Source: Candidatus Kaiserbacteria bacterium
GTDB taxonomy: Bacteria; Patescibacteriota; Minisyncoccia; Phycocordibacterales; UBA2100
DNA: 64,000 nucleotides
Direction of reading: 5' to 3'
Assembly (NCBI GenBank): GCA_028286585.1
Contig: JAQBRI010000009.1
Coordinates: 28,010-92,009, forward strand
Shown: in pieces, positions 38,993-53,900 of the stretch
How positions within the stretch are numbered: position 1 is the stretch's first letter
Layout: each line of letters begins with the position of its first letter
Notes under the pieces: generated by a model
The model's database searches: none
Told to the model about the DNA's origin: nothing
What the model saw: the letters and a program-made list of their open reading frames with translations, nothing else
Translations under genes and position numbers: made by a program

Positions 38993-41900
38993 TTATTTCT
39001 TCCAATGATACAGCAATATTGAGAAGTCGACTGAATCTACCTTTCCGTCGTGATTGAGGTCGACTTTATTATTTTTAAAAGGTGGCTTCGTCTTCCAATA
39101 TGCGAGAAGTATTGAGAAATCGATTCCATTCACTTTTCCATCTCCGTTGATATCGCCAATCACTTCAGTTGTAGCTGCTGGGGTAGCCACAGGTGGAGAA
39201 TTATCTCCTCCGCCTCCCCCACCTCCTCCACCTCCGCCACCGCCACCTCCATTACCTGGGTTTTGTACGGGAGCAGCAATTGCAGTAAATGACTGACTTG
39301 CACTTGATGATGCTGATCCATATTGTACTGCTACATGGAACCAATACGTTCCAATAACGGGAACAGTTGAAGAAAGTGTTGTATCAAAGTTCGCACCAGG
39401 CTGAATCAGTTTTGCTGCAGTTGAACTAAAAATATCATCACCACCTCCACAAGAATTGGTTGCAGAGTCGGTAACACACCACGTGTATTGATATTCGTAT
39501 GCTATAGAACCTTCGTTTGTTATACGCACTGCTGTGGCAATGCTTGGTACCGTCAATCCACTAAAACTCTGGATCAGAACTTGTGCTGGCGCTCCCGGTG
39601 TTGCACTCACAGGAATTGTTGTCGTGCCTCGTCCAACAAGATTTTTTGCTGATATACGGAAATCATATGAATTATTGTTGGATAGACTAGTTACCATGGT
39701 TGTTGGTGTCGTACTAATACCGTCAGAAAATATAGACCATGTTCCGCCCGAAGAAAGTTTGTATTCAACTACGTAATCAGTCACAGGTGAACCACCGTTT
39801 GATATTGGCGCCGACCATGAAAGGTTGATACTGCTGTCTTGTACAATTGCGGCGAGGTTTATTGGGGCACCGGGCACACTTGCTGGCGTCGCAGCATTAC
39901 TTGTACCGGAGCTGGTACTCGTGCCAACTGCGTTTGTTGCAGTGACAGTAAATGTGTATGTTGTTCCGTTTGTGAGGCCTTGTATAGTAGCTGAAGTTCC
40001 ATTTGTTGTAGTACTAAATACTCCACCATTTGAAGTGACGGTATAGCTTGTTATAGGAGATCCTCCATTAAAACCGGGCGCAGACCACGTAAGATTTACA
40101 CTACTGTCTGCAATTGCTGCAGCAAGATTTGTTGGCGCGTCAGGAACTGTAGCTGGGGTGACCGAATTCGTTGCGGCTGATGAAATACTTGTTCCAATTG
40201 CGTTGGTTGCCGTCACTGTAAACGTGTAGGCTGTTCCGTTTGTTAAACCAGTTACCGTTATTGGTGAACTTCCGCCAGTTGCGGTGAAGTTGCCGATATT
40301 TGAAGTAACGGTATAAGACGTAATTGCAGAGCCACCGGTAAATGATGGTGGGCTAAATGTAATAGTCGCAGTACCGTCACCGCCAACTGCCGCTACGCTC
40401 GTTGGTGCACTTGGCCCACCTGCAGGTACAACCGAATTACTTGTTCCAGAACTAGTACTTGTTCCAACATTGTTTGTTGCAGTTACTGTAAAGGTGTACG
40501 TTGTTCCATTCACGAGTCCAGTAATAGTGATCGGTGAACTTCCACCTGTTGCAGTAAATCCTCCTGTATTTGATGACACGGTGTAGTTAGTTATTGCAGC
40601 ACCGCCGTTACTAACGGGCGGTGTAAAGGAAACAGTTGCTTGGCCGTTTCCAGCAACTGCAGAAATCGAAGTGGGTGCATCAGGTACTGTGGCAGGAGTA
40701 ACGGAGTTACTTGTACCCGATGAAGTACTCGTTCCAATACTATTTGTTGCAGTGACAGTAAATGTGTATGTCGTGCCATTTGTGAGACCAGTAATTGTAA
40801 TTGGTGAAGAGCCACCTGTTGCCGTAAATCCTCCTGTATTTGATGACACGGTATAGTTTGTTATTGCAGCGCCGCCGTTACTTACAGGCGGAGTAAATGT
40901 AATTGTTGCTTGGCCGTTACCACCAACGGCAGAAATACCAGTCGGAGAATTAGGAACAGTTCCTGGTATTACTGAATTACTTGCGGATGATGCGGTACTT
41001 GTTCCTGCAGCATTCGTAGCAGTGACTGTAAATGTGTACGTAGTTCCGTTGGTAAGACCGGTCACAGTGATCGGAGAAGAACCACCTGTTGCGGTAAGGC
41101 CGCCACTACTTGATGTGACAGTGTAACTCGTAACGGCAGCTCCTCCATTATTTACTGGTGGAGTAAATGTAATTGTTGCCTGACCATTACCGCTAACTGC
41201 GGTCACGCTTGTCGGCGCGTTTGGCGTCGTCGCGGGAACAACGGTGTTACTTGTGCCCGATGGCGTACTGGTTCCAACTGCATTTGTGGCAGTCACAGTA
41301 AATGTGTAGGTTGTTCCATTTGTAAGACCGGTAATTGTAATTGGTGAAGATCCGCCGCTCGCGGTGAAGCCGCCGGTGTTTGATGACACGGTGTAGTTAG
41401 TTATTGCAGAACCGTTGTTACTTCCCGGTGTAAAGGAAACCGTAGCTTGACCATTACCGCTTACTGCCGTGACAGCAGTAGGTGCATTAGGAACAGTAAC
41501 AGGAGTAACTGAGTTACTTGCGGACGACGCAGTACTGGTTCCAACATTGTTTGATGCTGTTACGGTAAATGTGTAGGTTGTACCGTTAGTAAGGCCAGTA
41601 ATTGTAATTGGGGAGCCGCCGCCTGTTGCAGTAAAGCCGCCGGTGTTTGATGACACGGTGTAGTTAGTTATTGCAGATCCCCCGTTACTGACTGGCGGAG
41701 TAAATGTGATTGTTGCTTGGCCGTTTCCAGCAACTGCAGAAACGCTTGTTGGGGCACCCGGTGCAGTCGCAGGTGTCACAGAATTGCTTAGTGTCGAGGA
41801 GGTACTTGTGCCAACGCCATTAGTTGCAGTAACGGTAAATGTGTATGCGGTGCCATTGGTAAGACCGGTCACAGTGATTGGTGAGCCACTTCCGCTTGCT

Positions 41901-44900
41901 GTAAACCCGCCTGAGTTTGATGTCACCGTGTACGTTGTGATTGCAGCACCACCGTTACTAACAGGCGGAGTAAATGTAATTGTTGCTTGGCCGTTACCTG
42001 CTGTAGCGACTGCTCCCGTAGGTGCATTTGGAACAGTTGCTGGTGTCACAGAATTGCTTAGTGTCGAGGAGGTACTTGTGCCAACGCCATTAGTTGCAGT
42101 AACGGTAAATGTGTATGCGGTGCCATTGGTAAGACCGGTCACAGTAAGTGGAGAACTGATACCAGTGACATTAAAGCCGCCAATGTTTGATGTGACCGTG
42201 TAGTTTGTAATCGCAGAACCGTTGTTACTTCCTGGTGTAAAGGTAATTGTTGCCTGACCATTTCCACCAACTGCAGTAACGCTTGTTGGAGCACTCGGGA
42301 CACCTGCCGGCGTGATTGAATTGCTTATTCCCGAAGATGTACTTGTTCCTGCAGAATTATTTGCAGTTACAGTAAACGCATAGACTACTCCGTTTGAGAG
42401 ACCGGTCACTGTGATTGGTGAAGAACCACCTGTTGCAGTAAAGCCTCCAACATTTGAAGTAACAGTGTACGTTGTGATTGCAGCACCGCCATTACTTACG
42501 GGTGGAGTAAACGAAATTGTTGCCTGCGTATCCCCTCGCACTGCTGTCACACTTGTCGGAGCATCTGGAATTGTTGCTGGAGTGACCGATGCGCTCGCAC
42601 TCGAACTAGCACTCGTTCCAACTGAGTTAGTAGCAGTTACTGTAAATGTATATGCCGTTCCGTTTGTTAAACCAGTTACCGTGATTGGTGAAGATCCGCC
42701 GGTTGCAGTAAAGCCACCTGTGTTTGAAGACACTGTATATGTTGTGATTGCAGCGCCACCGTTACTTACAGGCGGAGTAAAGGTTACGGTCACTTCTCCA
42801 TTGCCTCTCGTGACGGTTCCTATTGTCGGCGCGTTCGGAGTAGTAGCAGGAACAACCGTGTTACTCGTTGCCGATGCGGTACTTGTTCCTGCTGAGTTAG
42901 TTCCCGTTACGGTAAAGGTGTACGTTGTTCCATTTGTGAGACCAGTAATTGTAATTGGCGAAGATCCGCCGGTTGCAGTAAAGCCACCTGTGTTTGATGA
43001 GACCGTGTACGTTGTGATTGCAGATCCCCCATTACTTACAGGTGGTGTAAAGGAAACAGTTGCTTGACCATTTCCAGCGACTGCAGAAACGCTAGTTGGG
43101 GCACCCGGTGCAGTCGCCGGAGTTATTGTATTACTGGTGCCAGAATTTGTACTCGTACCGATTGCGTTTGTTTCGGTGACAGTAAATGTGTATGCCGTTC
43201 CGTTTGTTAAACCTGTTACAGTTATTGGTGAAGAGCCACCAGTTGCAGTGAAGCCGCCGGTGTTTGATGAGACTGTATAGATCGAAATACTTGAACCATT
43301 GTTATTGCCAGGTGTAAACGAAATTGTTGCTTGGCCATTTCCGGCAACTGCGGTTACGCTTGTTGGAGCACTCGGGACTCCCGCAGGTGTGATAGCATTA
43401 CTCGTACCAGAGGCGGTACTTGTTCCCGCCGAGTTAGTAGCAGTTACTGTAAAAGTATAAATCGTACCGTTGGTAAGACCGGTTATTGTAATCGGTGAAG
43501 ATCCACCAGTTGCTGTGAGGCCTCCCACATTTGATGAGACTGTGTATGTTGTTACAGCAGAGCCGCCGTTATTCACTGGCGGAGTAAACGATATGGTAGC
43601 CTGCGTGTCGCCGCGAACTGCGCTAACACTTGTCGGCGCGTCCGGTACTGTAGCTGGTGTCACCGAACTACTAGCACTCGAACTTGCGCTCGTTCCAACC
43701 GCATTTGTTGCGGTTACTGTAAACGTGTACGCTGTGCCATTCGTTAGACCTATTAGTGTTATTGGTGAAGAGCCGCCAGATGTTGTAAAGCCGCCTGTGT
43801 TTGATGAGACGGTGTAAAGAGTAATTGGTGAACCGCCTGTATTTCCTGGTGTAAAAGAAATGGTTACCTGCCCATTACCCGCCGTCCCTATTACACTAGT
43901 AGGTGCATCAGGAATTGTCGCCGGTGTCGCAGAATTTGTTGCGTTCGAGGCCGTACTCGTACCAACTGAGTTAGTAGCAGTTACTGTAAATGTGTATGCC
44001 GTTCCGTTTGTTAAACCTGTTACAGTTATTGGTGAACTACCACCTGTTGCAGTGAATCCTCCTGTGTTTGATGTAACGGTGTAGCCAGTTATTGCAGAAC
44101 CTCCGTTACTTACGGGTGGTGTAAATGTAATTGTTGCCTGAGTGTTACCACGTGTCGCGGTTCCTATAGTTGGTGCGTCTGGCACAGTTGCAGGAACCAC
44201 ACTATTACTTGTACTTGATGGAGTACTCGTTCCCAACGCACTACTTGCCGTCACTGTAAACGTGTACGTTGTTCCGTTCACAAGTCCAGTTATTGTAATT
44301 GGTGAAGAGCCACCTGTTGCAGTGAATCCCCCAGTGTTTGATGAGACCGTGTACGTTGTGATTGCAGATCCCCCATTACTTACTGGTGGTGTAAACGTAA
44401 TTGTTGCTTGGCCATTACCGCCGGTTGCAGTGACACTAGTTGGGGCACCCGGTGCAGTCGCCGGTATCACACTGTTACTAGCAATTGACGCAGTGCTTGT
44501 ACCAACGGCGTTCGTTGCCGTAACTGTAAACGAATAGGAAATTCCATTGGTAAGGCCGGTCACAACAATTGGTGAGCCACTTCCCGTTCCAGTAAAGCCG
44601 CCAACGTTTGAAGTAACCGTGTACGTTGTGATAGCAGAGCCGCCGTTATTCACTGGCGGAGTAAACGATACAGTAGCTTGAGTATCACCGCGAACTGCAC
44701 TCACGCCGGTTGGCGCACCTGGCACTGTTGCAGGAACAACACTATTACTCGTTCCCGAAGGAGAGCTTGTACCAGCGGAATTAGTAGCAGTTACCGTGAA
44801 TGTGTACGTTGTGCCATTAACAAGTCCGGTAATCGTAATCGGAGAACTTCCGCCGGTTGCGGTAAAACCGCCGGTGTTTGAAGACACTGTATATGTTGTG

Positions 44901-47900
44901 ATTGCAGTGCCACCATTACTGACTGGAGGAGTAAATGTGATTGTTGCTTGGCCGTTACCACGTGTTGCCGTTCCTATAGTTGGTGCACCAGGCGCTGTAG
45001 CTGGTGTTACTGCATTACTAGTACCCGAAGAAATACTGGTACCTGACGCGTTCGTTGCCGTTACTGTAAATGTGTACGTTGTTCCATTTGTGAGACCAGT
45101 AATTGTGATTGGTGAGCTGCCGCCGGTTGCGGTAAAACCGCCGGTGTTTGATGAGACAGTATAATTTGTAATTGGTGAGCCTCCCGAATTTACTGGAGGT
45201 GCAAAAGTAATAGTTGCTTGTCCATTTCCGGGAACTGCCGTAACACTCGTCGGCGCATTTGGTACCGTTTGATAATTTAAATATGCATAAGTAGTTCCCG
45301 GCGTAATCGCCCAAACTGGCGAAACAAAATCCCAGTTTGTATATGTCGCCTGGGTCTTCAATGCAGTAGTAGTTGTACCTGTCATTCCTGCCGGATCGGC
45401 ACCATTACCAACACCATTACTTTTGCCAGATGTAACGTTGTCCCAATAATCAGATACGTAAGATCCACCGATTGGATTTCCAACAATGCCTCCCACATAT
45501 TGAAGTGCCGCAGCACCAGTTGCTCCTGAGGCGCCCGCGGCGCCTCCTGTTCCTCCTGTTCCTGCAGCGCCTCCTGTTCCACCTGTTGCACCACTCGTTT
45601 TGGTGCCTGTCGGCACACCTGTTGCGTATGTATTTGTAATCACCGCATTATTACTTCCAAACAATCCTCCAGCATACGCGTTTCCGCCAGCACCTCCGGC
45701 GCCGCCTGTTGCACCCGTACCATTTACACCAGCCACTCCGCCTCCTGCTGCTCCGGCGTTTCCGCCAGCACCTCCTATCGCACCGGTTCCCGGAGTTCCG
45801 GCCGTAATAGTGACGTTTCCACGTGCGTAAGTATTTGTTATAACTCCCGTGTTCTGACCAACAAGTCCTCCGCCTGTCACATCACCTCCAACACCTCCTG
45901 TGCCGCCAGTTCCTCCAGTGGCTCCTGCACCACCGTTTCCAGATCCACCCGATCCACCAACGCCTCCGTTTCCGCCCTTTCCGCCGACCGCACCATTGCC
46001 TCCGTTGCCTCCTGTTATGCTTACGTTTCCGGATGAATAACTCGTATTAAAAGTTCCGGTCGCAAGATCTGCTCCCATAAGCCCGCCCGCAAATGATGCG
46101 CCGCCGGCACCACCATTTCCTCCTGCTACAGAAGCACCACCTGCGCCACCGGCAAGTGTTCCGCCTGCGCCACCTGTACTAACGGTACCCGAGAGTCCTG
46201 CGGAGGCACCAGCGCCACCAACAAGTGAGACATTTCCTGATGACCACGAAGAGAGCACAGTACTTCCCGAAGCGTTTTGTCCGACAAGTCCGCCAGCATA
46301 TGCTGCGCCTCCGGCGCCTCCCGCCGCAGTTGCACCCATTGCTCCGCCTATACCACCTGCGCCGGTTGGACCACCCGCGCCGCCGTTTCCTCCGACACCA
46401 CCTGCACCACCTACGCCGCCAGCAGAGCCGTTTACGTTCACGGCTCCAGTTCCATATGAAGTAGAAATCGTTCCGCCATTATTTTGTCCAACAAAACCAC
46501 CGCCATACGCGATACCTCCAACACCTCCTGCAGTACGTGCGCCAGCAATGCCGCCAGTTCCGCCAGTTCCCGCAACAATTCCTGCGCCGCCCGCCGCACC
46601 ATTTCCTCCCAATCCGCCAACGCCTCCTGCGCCGCCGGTTACCGTAACAGAACTGTTTGCATATGAATCTTTAATCGTTCGCCCAGTATTGTTATATCCA
46701 TTAAATCCACCCGCGTATGCAATACCTCCAACACCAGCCGCGCCCGCTGAACCGCCCGCGCCGCCTGTCGCACCATTTGCAGCCGTTGCGATTCCGCCGG
46801 CAACTCCAGCGCCGCCAGTTCCTCCAACACCTCCTGCACCAGCCGAACCCAAAACTGTTGTTGACGCGTAGGACCCCGAAAGCACGGTTCCATCATTAAA
46901 GCCAATGAGTCCGCCCGTATAAAGAACTCCTCCAGAAACTGCTGCGCCGCCTGCACCACCTGCACCACCAACTCCGGCTGCTCCAGGTAATCCTCCTATG
47001 CCTCCTGTACCACCGGACCCGCCGACTCCACTCGTGCCAGTAACAGATGCGCCAATTGCATAACTTGTTGCAATAGTATTAAGCGCATTCACGTTGTTAC
47101 CAATGAGTCCGCCCGAGTAGGACGCGCCACCAATTCCTCCAGCACCTCCTGTTCCGCCAGTGCCTCCAACATGTGCACTTGTTCCGAGACTTCCATCGCC
47201 GCCCGCGCCGCCTGTCGCACCAGTTGCACCGTTTTTAGCAATCGAAACAACACTACCTAATGCAAACGAATTTAAAACAACTCCGATTGCGGTATTGTGT
47301 GCAATGAGTCCTCCAACATATGCTGCACCTCCTGCTCCTCCTGCTCCTCCTGCTCCACCCGAGGCGGCAGTACTACCCGATACACTTCCAGAAGCACCTC
47401 CCGCAGCTCCCGCTCCCGGTGTTCCTGCAGTGCCACTCGTTGAAGTAGCATTTCCTGTCGCGTATGAATTTCCTTGAATCGTACCAAAGTTAAAAGCGAC
47501 AAGTCCGCCGGCATATGCTGCACCGCCCACGCCGGTAGCGCCACCCAAGCCGCCGGTTCCTCCGATTGATCCAGATCCACCGGCGCCACCAATCACTCCC
47601 GCCGCGCCATTACCGCTGGTGCCGCCATTTGCAATAACATTGTCAGTTGAATAACTTGAAGTAATGATGAGGTTGTTACTCGCGGTAGCACTGGTGCGCC
47701 CTACCAACCCACCGGCATATGCAGCACCGCCAGCTCCCGACGTACCTCCACCGCCCGTTGCAGCACCAACTGCCGCGGATCCGCTGGTGCCAGAGGCTCC
47801 TGCGCTTCCTCCATTTCCTCCTGTGCCACTTGTCGAGGTTACAATATTGCCTGTTGCATATGAAGTAAGAACGTTATTGGCCCCGGTTGTCGCACCAGTA

Positions 47901-50900
47901 AATCCAGCTAATCCTCCTGCGTTACCGTCGCCTCCTGCTCCGCCAATTCCGCCGGCACCTCCCGCGCCGCCAACAGAACTTGCTGCACCATTTGCACCAA
48001 CTCCTCCTGTGTTTCCAGTGCTTCCAATACCACCCGTTGCGGAAACTGCTCCCGTTGCATAACTATTCACTATATCGCTTTGTCCCCCTGTTGTAACAAA
48101 ATTCAATCCAATCAAGCCGCCGGCAAAACCCGAACCGCCGGCTGCAGCAAGCACAGCGCCACCGCCAGCACCTCCTGCAACTGTTGTTCTAGATGCGCCA
48201 CCATTTCCGGACGTTCCTGCTGTTCCCGCATTTCCGCCGGTTGAAGAAGCATTCCCAGTAGCATAATCAAAACTATAATTTACGATTCCAGAAGTAACAT
48301 TAGTGTACCCAACCAAACCACCTGCGTTACCATCGCCTCCGATACCTGCCGAACCGCCAAGTGCTCCTGCCGAACCTGCATGAGTTACGGTTCCGGTTGA
48401 ACCATCACCTCCCACACCACCTGCTCCACCAGTGCCTCCAGTTCCGCCGGTGACCGTAGCATTTCCCGTTGCATATGAATTAAGTATTTGTAATGTTTGT
48501 GTAGTTGCATTTATACGTCCAACGAGTCCTCCGCCATACGTCACACCACCTGCACCACCGGCACCTCCTGCACCACCTGCAGCTGCAATACCACTTGCAA
48601 TTGTGCTACCACTCGTGCCTCCTGCTCCTCCCACTCCTCCCGTTCCTCCAGTACCTCCCGTGACTGAAAAAGAAATCGAGGAGTACGAATTATTCTGAAT
48701 TGTTCCAAGGTTATCACCAACAAGTCCACCATAACTACGAGCGCTTCCGGCGCCTCCTGCACCTCCTGCAGTTCCTGTACCTCCGGCAAAGGCGCCTACT
48801 CCAGTTCCGCCCGCACCGCCAATTCCGCCGGTTCCTGCCGTTTGCTCAGTTCCCGAAATCGCGATCGTATCAGAATACGATGTTGTAATAATTCCGGCAG
48901 CACTATTAAATCCCGCAAGACCTCCAACAAATGTACCGCCGCCCGCGCCTCCTACGCCTCCAACTCCGCCGGCACCTCCTGCACTTCCAGCTGCAAGTCC
49001 CGAGCCTCCAGCACCGCCATTTGCACCATTTCCCATTGCACCGCCCGCGACACTAATATTTCCTTTTCCAGATCCGGCATCAACACTTGCATACGACGCA
49101 ATAATTTCGGATGCGTTATTTCCTACAAGTCCACCGACATGAATCAAACTGGACGCGCCACCGGCTCCGCCTGCTGATCCCGCTGCACCACCACCCGCCG
49201 CTCCGCTTCTTCCAGCGGTTCCGTTTTGTCCTGCACCCCCAGTCACATTGAGTGCAGTCTTTGAATACGAAGTCTGAATAACTCCGATCGAATATCCCAC
49301 AAGACCACCGACATATACGCCGCCGCCAGCACCTCCTGCACCACCTGCGCCTGCAATACCATAAAGCGCTGTTCCTGTTCCAACTCCGCCCGCGCCGCCC
49401 TGCGCGCTTGCTCCGCCGGCACTCCCTGTCACGGTAACGGTTCCCGTTTGTGAGTATGAATTAGTAATTGTTCCAACAAAGTTTTGTCCAACGAGTCCGC
49501 CGGCCTGCAGTGCACCAGCAACGAGTCCGCCGCCAGCACCTCCGGCACCGCCCACTCCGCCAGTACCACCTAAGTGGTTGGTCGCGAGTGTTCCATCGCC
49601 GCCCGCACCACCGACACCTCCTGCACCACCTGACCCACCAGTTGCATTCACATCGGATGTTGCATATGAATTATTTATAATTCCAGCAACGGTATTGTTT
49701 CTTCCTACCAAACCGCCTACGTTAACTGCTCCGGCCACACCGCCAGAAGCACCTGCGCCGCCCGCTGCTGCTGTGCCAGCTGAAATATTTCCCGAAGCTC
49801 CTGCAGTACCTCCAGCGCCCGCGGCACCACCGGCACCAGAAAAAGCACTTACTGCTCCTGTTGTATGAAAACTGCTTTGAATTGTGGTTGGACTGTCTCC
49901 CACCAAACCTCCCGTATAGTTAACTCCTCCACCTCCACCGACTGCTCCATTACCACCAGCACCCCCAAGAGACGCGGACCCTCCTGCACCACCGGCACCA
50001 CCAGAGCCCGATGCTCCACCTGCTCCCGATGTTCCTCGGATAATTCCTGTTGAACTTGATGTCGCAATATTTCCTCCAGAAGCTGCTGCTGCTGCGACAA
50101 GGCCACCTGCGTAGGATGCGCCGCCCAATCCAGCAGCTCCACCAGTTGCACCCGCTCCTCCCGCCGAGGCTGTACCGCCAGCACCTCCGGCGCCGCCATT
50201 TCCTGCAGCACCGCCCACTCCGGCAAGGACAGTCACGTTACCTGATGTAAATGAATTTCCAATAAAAACGTTTGTGTTTGTAAATCCAAGGAGTCCACCT
50301 CCGTTTGCAAATCCTCCTGCGCCTCCAATTCCTCCTACTGCTCCCGCGCCGCCCGTTATAGAATTTGTTACCCCGCTTCCGCCCGCGCCACCTACTGCAC
50401 CTGCACCGCCCGCTCCGCCCGTTACTGTTATGTTTCCTGAAGCGCGAGAATTATTTATCGACTGTCCAGTTCCCGAGTTAAATCCTTCGAGTCCGCCTGC
50501 GTATGCACCAAAGTTAAGTGCTCCGCCGCCTCCGCCCGCGCCACCAGTTCCACCGACTGCTCCATTTGTACCGGCAACTGCCGCACCGCCCGCACCACCG
50601 CTGCCTTCTGTAATAGTGACATCGTCGGATGATGACAATGATTCAATAATCACATCTGCAAGCGAATTGAGTCCGATAGCTCCGCCACTATAGATTGGTC
50701 CGGCAACACCACCCGCGCCTCCGGTTCCACCAGTTCCATTTCTTCCACTTCCCGATCCGCCCGCGCCGCCAGTTCCGCCAGTTCCCCCAACACCACCCGA
50801 ACCGCCAAGAGTTACAGTAATTGTTCCTCCACTACTTGAAGAGGAGGCAATATTTCCATTACCTTGTCCTGCGAGACCGCCAATATATACCACGCCACCT

Positions 50901-53900
50901 CCGCCGCCGGTACCTCCAGTTCCTGCTACTCCGCCTGCATGCCCTCCTGTTCCCAATGTTCCGTCTCCGCCATTTCCACCTGCGCCTCCCGTTCCGCCAC
51001 TTCTTCCGCTTGCGGTAAGACTACCAATAACGATGTCATTAATAAGGACTCCTGAGTTATCGCCAACAAGTCCACCGATGTATTCGGCACCGCCAACTCC
51101 ACCGATACCTCCGGTCCCTCCCGTTGCACCGGTGCCTCCGGCAATATTTCCCGAAGCACCAGCGGCACCTCCCGCTCCCGCGCCACCCGCGGCTCCTCCC
51201 ACAACACTAATAGAAGTAATTGTGTATGTTACGTCTCGAATGATTCCAGTATTGAAACCCATGATGCCTCCGCCCGCAGCAAGTCCGCCGGTACCACCGG
51301 CACCTCCTGCGCCGCCCGCTCCACCAATTGCTCCGGCTGTACTGCCGCCGGCACCACCCACTCCACCTGTGACGCCAGTACCTCCGGCACCTCCCGTTGA
51401 AGAAATAGTTCCAGTAGTATTTGGAAGACTGATTGTTGTTCCTAGGACACTATCGTTACCAATCACTCCTCCTGCGTATGACGCACCACCGACTCCTCCT
51501 GCACCTGATGTAATTCCCGCAGCTCCTGCAACACCAGCGCCCGATGTTCCAGGAGTTCCGGCAAGTCCACCATTTCCCGCAGCTCCGCCAAGAGCAACAG
51601 CATTGCCCGCAGCATATGAATCAGGACTTACGACCGCTGCATTAAATCCAACAAGGCCGCCCGCAGCGGCAAGTCCTCCGGCTTCGCCACTCAATCCGGC
51701 GACACCTCCCGTTGTACCAGCCGATCCGCCGGCAAACGCACCCGAAGAATTTCCTCCGTTTCCGGTTGTCGCTCCCGCCGCTCCTACTCCACCGGTTGCA
51801 AGTGCGTTACCTGATGCGTGCGAACCATTTTGAATTATTCCGTTTGTCGTATTAAAACCGACGAGTCCGCCCGCGTACGCAAGACCTGCGGCGTTTGATG
51901 CTGCAGCACTAGCCGAAGTATTTCCTCCAGCGCCGCCTGTTGTACCAGCTCCACCATTTCCTCCGCTGCCGCCGGCACCTCCCGCCCCGCCCGTCGCTGA
52001 GGCATTGCCTGTTGCGTACGAACCATTAATTACTCCACTACTATTTCCCGCGAGTCCTCCTGCGTACGCTGCCTTACCCAAAGCAACAGCAGCGCCTGCG
52101 CCGCCCGCAGCACCAGTGCCTCCGACACCTCCGTTACCACCGCTTCCAGTTACACCCGCGGTTGAAGTTGCGTTAATAGTCGCGTGTGATCCCAAAATGA
52201 CACCGCTTGTTGAATTGTTTGCGACGAGTCCGCCGGCGTATGCAAACCCGCCAAGCGAAACACTTGTTCCGCCAACTCCACCAACTCCGCCCAAAGCACC
52301 ACTTCCACCTGTGCCCCCTGCTCCACCATTTGCGCCTATTCCACTTGCTCCACCTTGTGAGATTACAGAACCGGATTCTATATATGCATTTATTATTGTC
52401 GAAGTATTCAAGCCGACGAGACCACCAGCAAACGAGTCCCCACCCGCGCCAGCAGTTCCCCCTGTTGCACCCACCGCACCAACATGTGATGACCCTCCTG
52501 CTGATCCGTTTCCAGCAACACCCGCTGCTCCACCATTTTTTCCAGTTGATCCGGTTGCAACAATACTTCCGGACGCGTATGAATTTATTATTTCGTTTAA
52601 GTTGTTACCCACGAGTCCGCCCGCGTATGCAATAGCACCAGCGCCACCGTTTCCGCCAAGTCCACCTGCTGCTGCAGTACCCGAGTTAAACGTTGCAGTT
52701 GTAGCGCCTCCCGCACCACCTGCACCAGCATTTCCTGGCGTGCCTCCTACAGATGTGACATTGCCCGTTGAGTATGAAGTGGTTCGAATGATACCGCCGT
52801 TTTGTCCGACAAGACCTCCAGCCGTACTGATACCACCCGCGCCACCGTTGCCTCCGGTCGCTCCAACTCCACCAATCGCATTTGTTCCGCCGGTGCCTCC
52901 TGCACCACCCACTCCGCCAATGCCACCAGTTCCTCCGGTTACTGTCGTGCTACCGACCGCATAACTTGTAGTGACTGTTCCCAATGAAATGATACCAACG
53001 AGTCCTCCACCAAATGCGGCACCTCCTGCACCTCCCGTTCCACCCAATGCTCCAGCTCCACCTGTTGTACTTGCTGCTCCAGTTCCACCGGCACCTCCTG
53101 CACCTCCAATTCCGCCCGTGCCTCCAAGAGAATTAACGGTGCCCGTTGCGTAGGAAGTTAAAATTTCTCCAGTCGTCAAAAATCCAACCAAGCCTCCAAC
53201 ATACGCAATACCTCCGACAGCTCCTGTTCCTCCGGTAATGCCGGCCAAACTTGTACCACCCGCGCCACCTGCTGCTGCAGCACCGCCCGCGCCTGCTGTG
53301 CCGCTCACGTTCCCTGTTGAAAAATCATTGGTCAATGTTGATCCAGTGTTGTTTCCTACAAATCCGCCCGCATACACAATACCCCCCGCTGTTGCGGTAC
53401 CCGCAGCTCCGGCAAGTGCACCGGTGCCGCCCGCACCCCCTGCTCCTGCTGCACCTCCTGCGCCCGCAACACCTGTAACTGATCCAATAGTGTAATTACT
53501 ATCAGTAATTGTGAGTGCATTATTTCCAGCAAGTCCTCCAACATACAGAATTGCACCTGCTCCTCCAATACCACCCGCAAGACCGGCGAGTCCGGTGAGT
53601 CCTGTAACTCCGTTTGCTCCGGCACCTCCTGCGCCGCCGGTTCCATTTACAATATTTTGTGCACTCGATGTTTGAATGATTCCTGTATTACTTCCCACGA
53701 GTCCGCCGGCATATGTTGAAAGCACGTTTGCAGATCCGCCGGTGCCCGATGCACCGCCCGCACCTGACGTTCCACTTGAACCTTTGGTACCGCCCGCGCC
53801 TCCCGTGCCGCCAACTCCACCCGTGCCGCCAACAACAGTCACTAATCCAGTATTTGAAAAAGATGAAATAATTATTCCCGAGTTAAGACCAACAAGTCCT

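Noticed and set aside
39195-39250. Homopolymer-like GGN run encoding 17 consecutive glycines, considered as a slipped-strand phase-variation tract
   Set aside because: The codons are a mixture (ggt/ggc/gga/ggg/gga...) rather than a pure mono- or dinucleotide repeat, so slippage-based ON/OFF switching is unlikely. Read as a flexible hinge before the dockerin.
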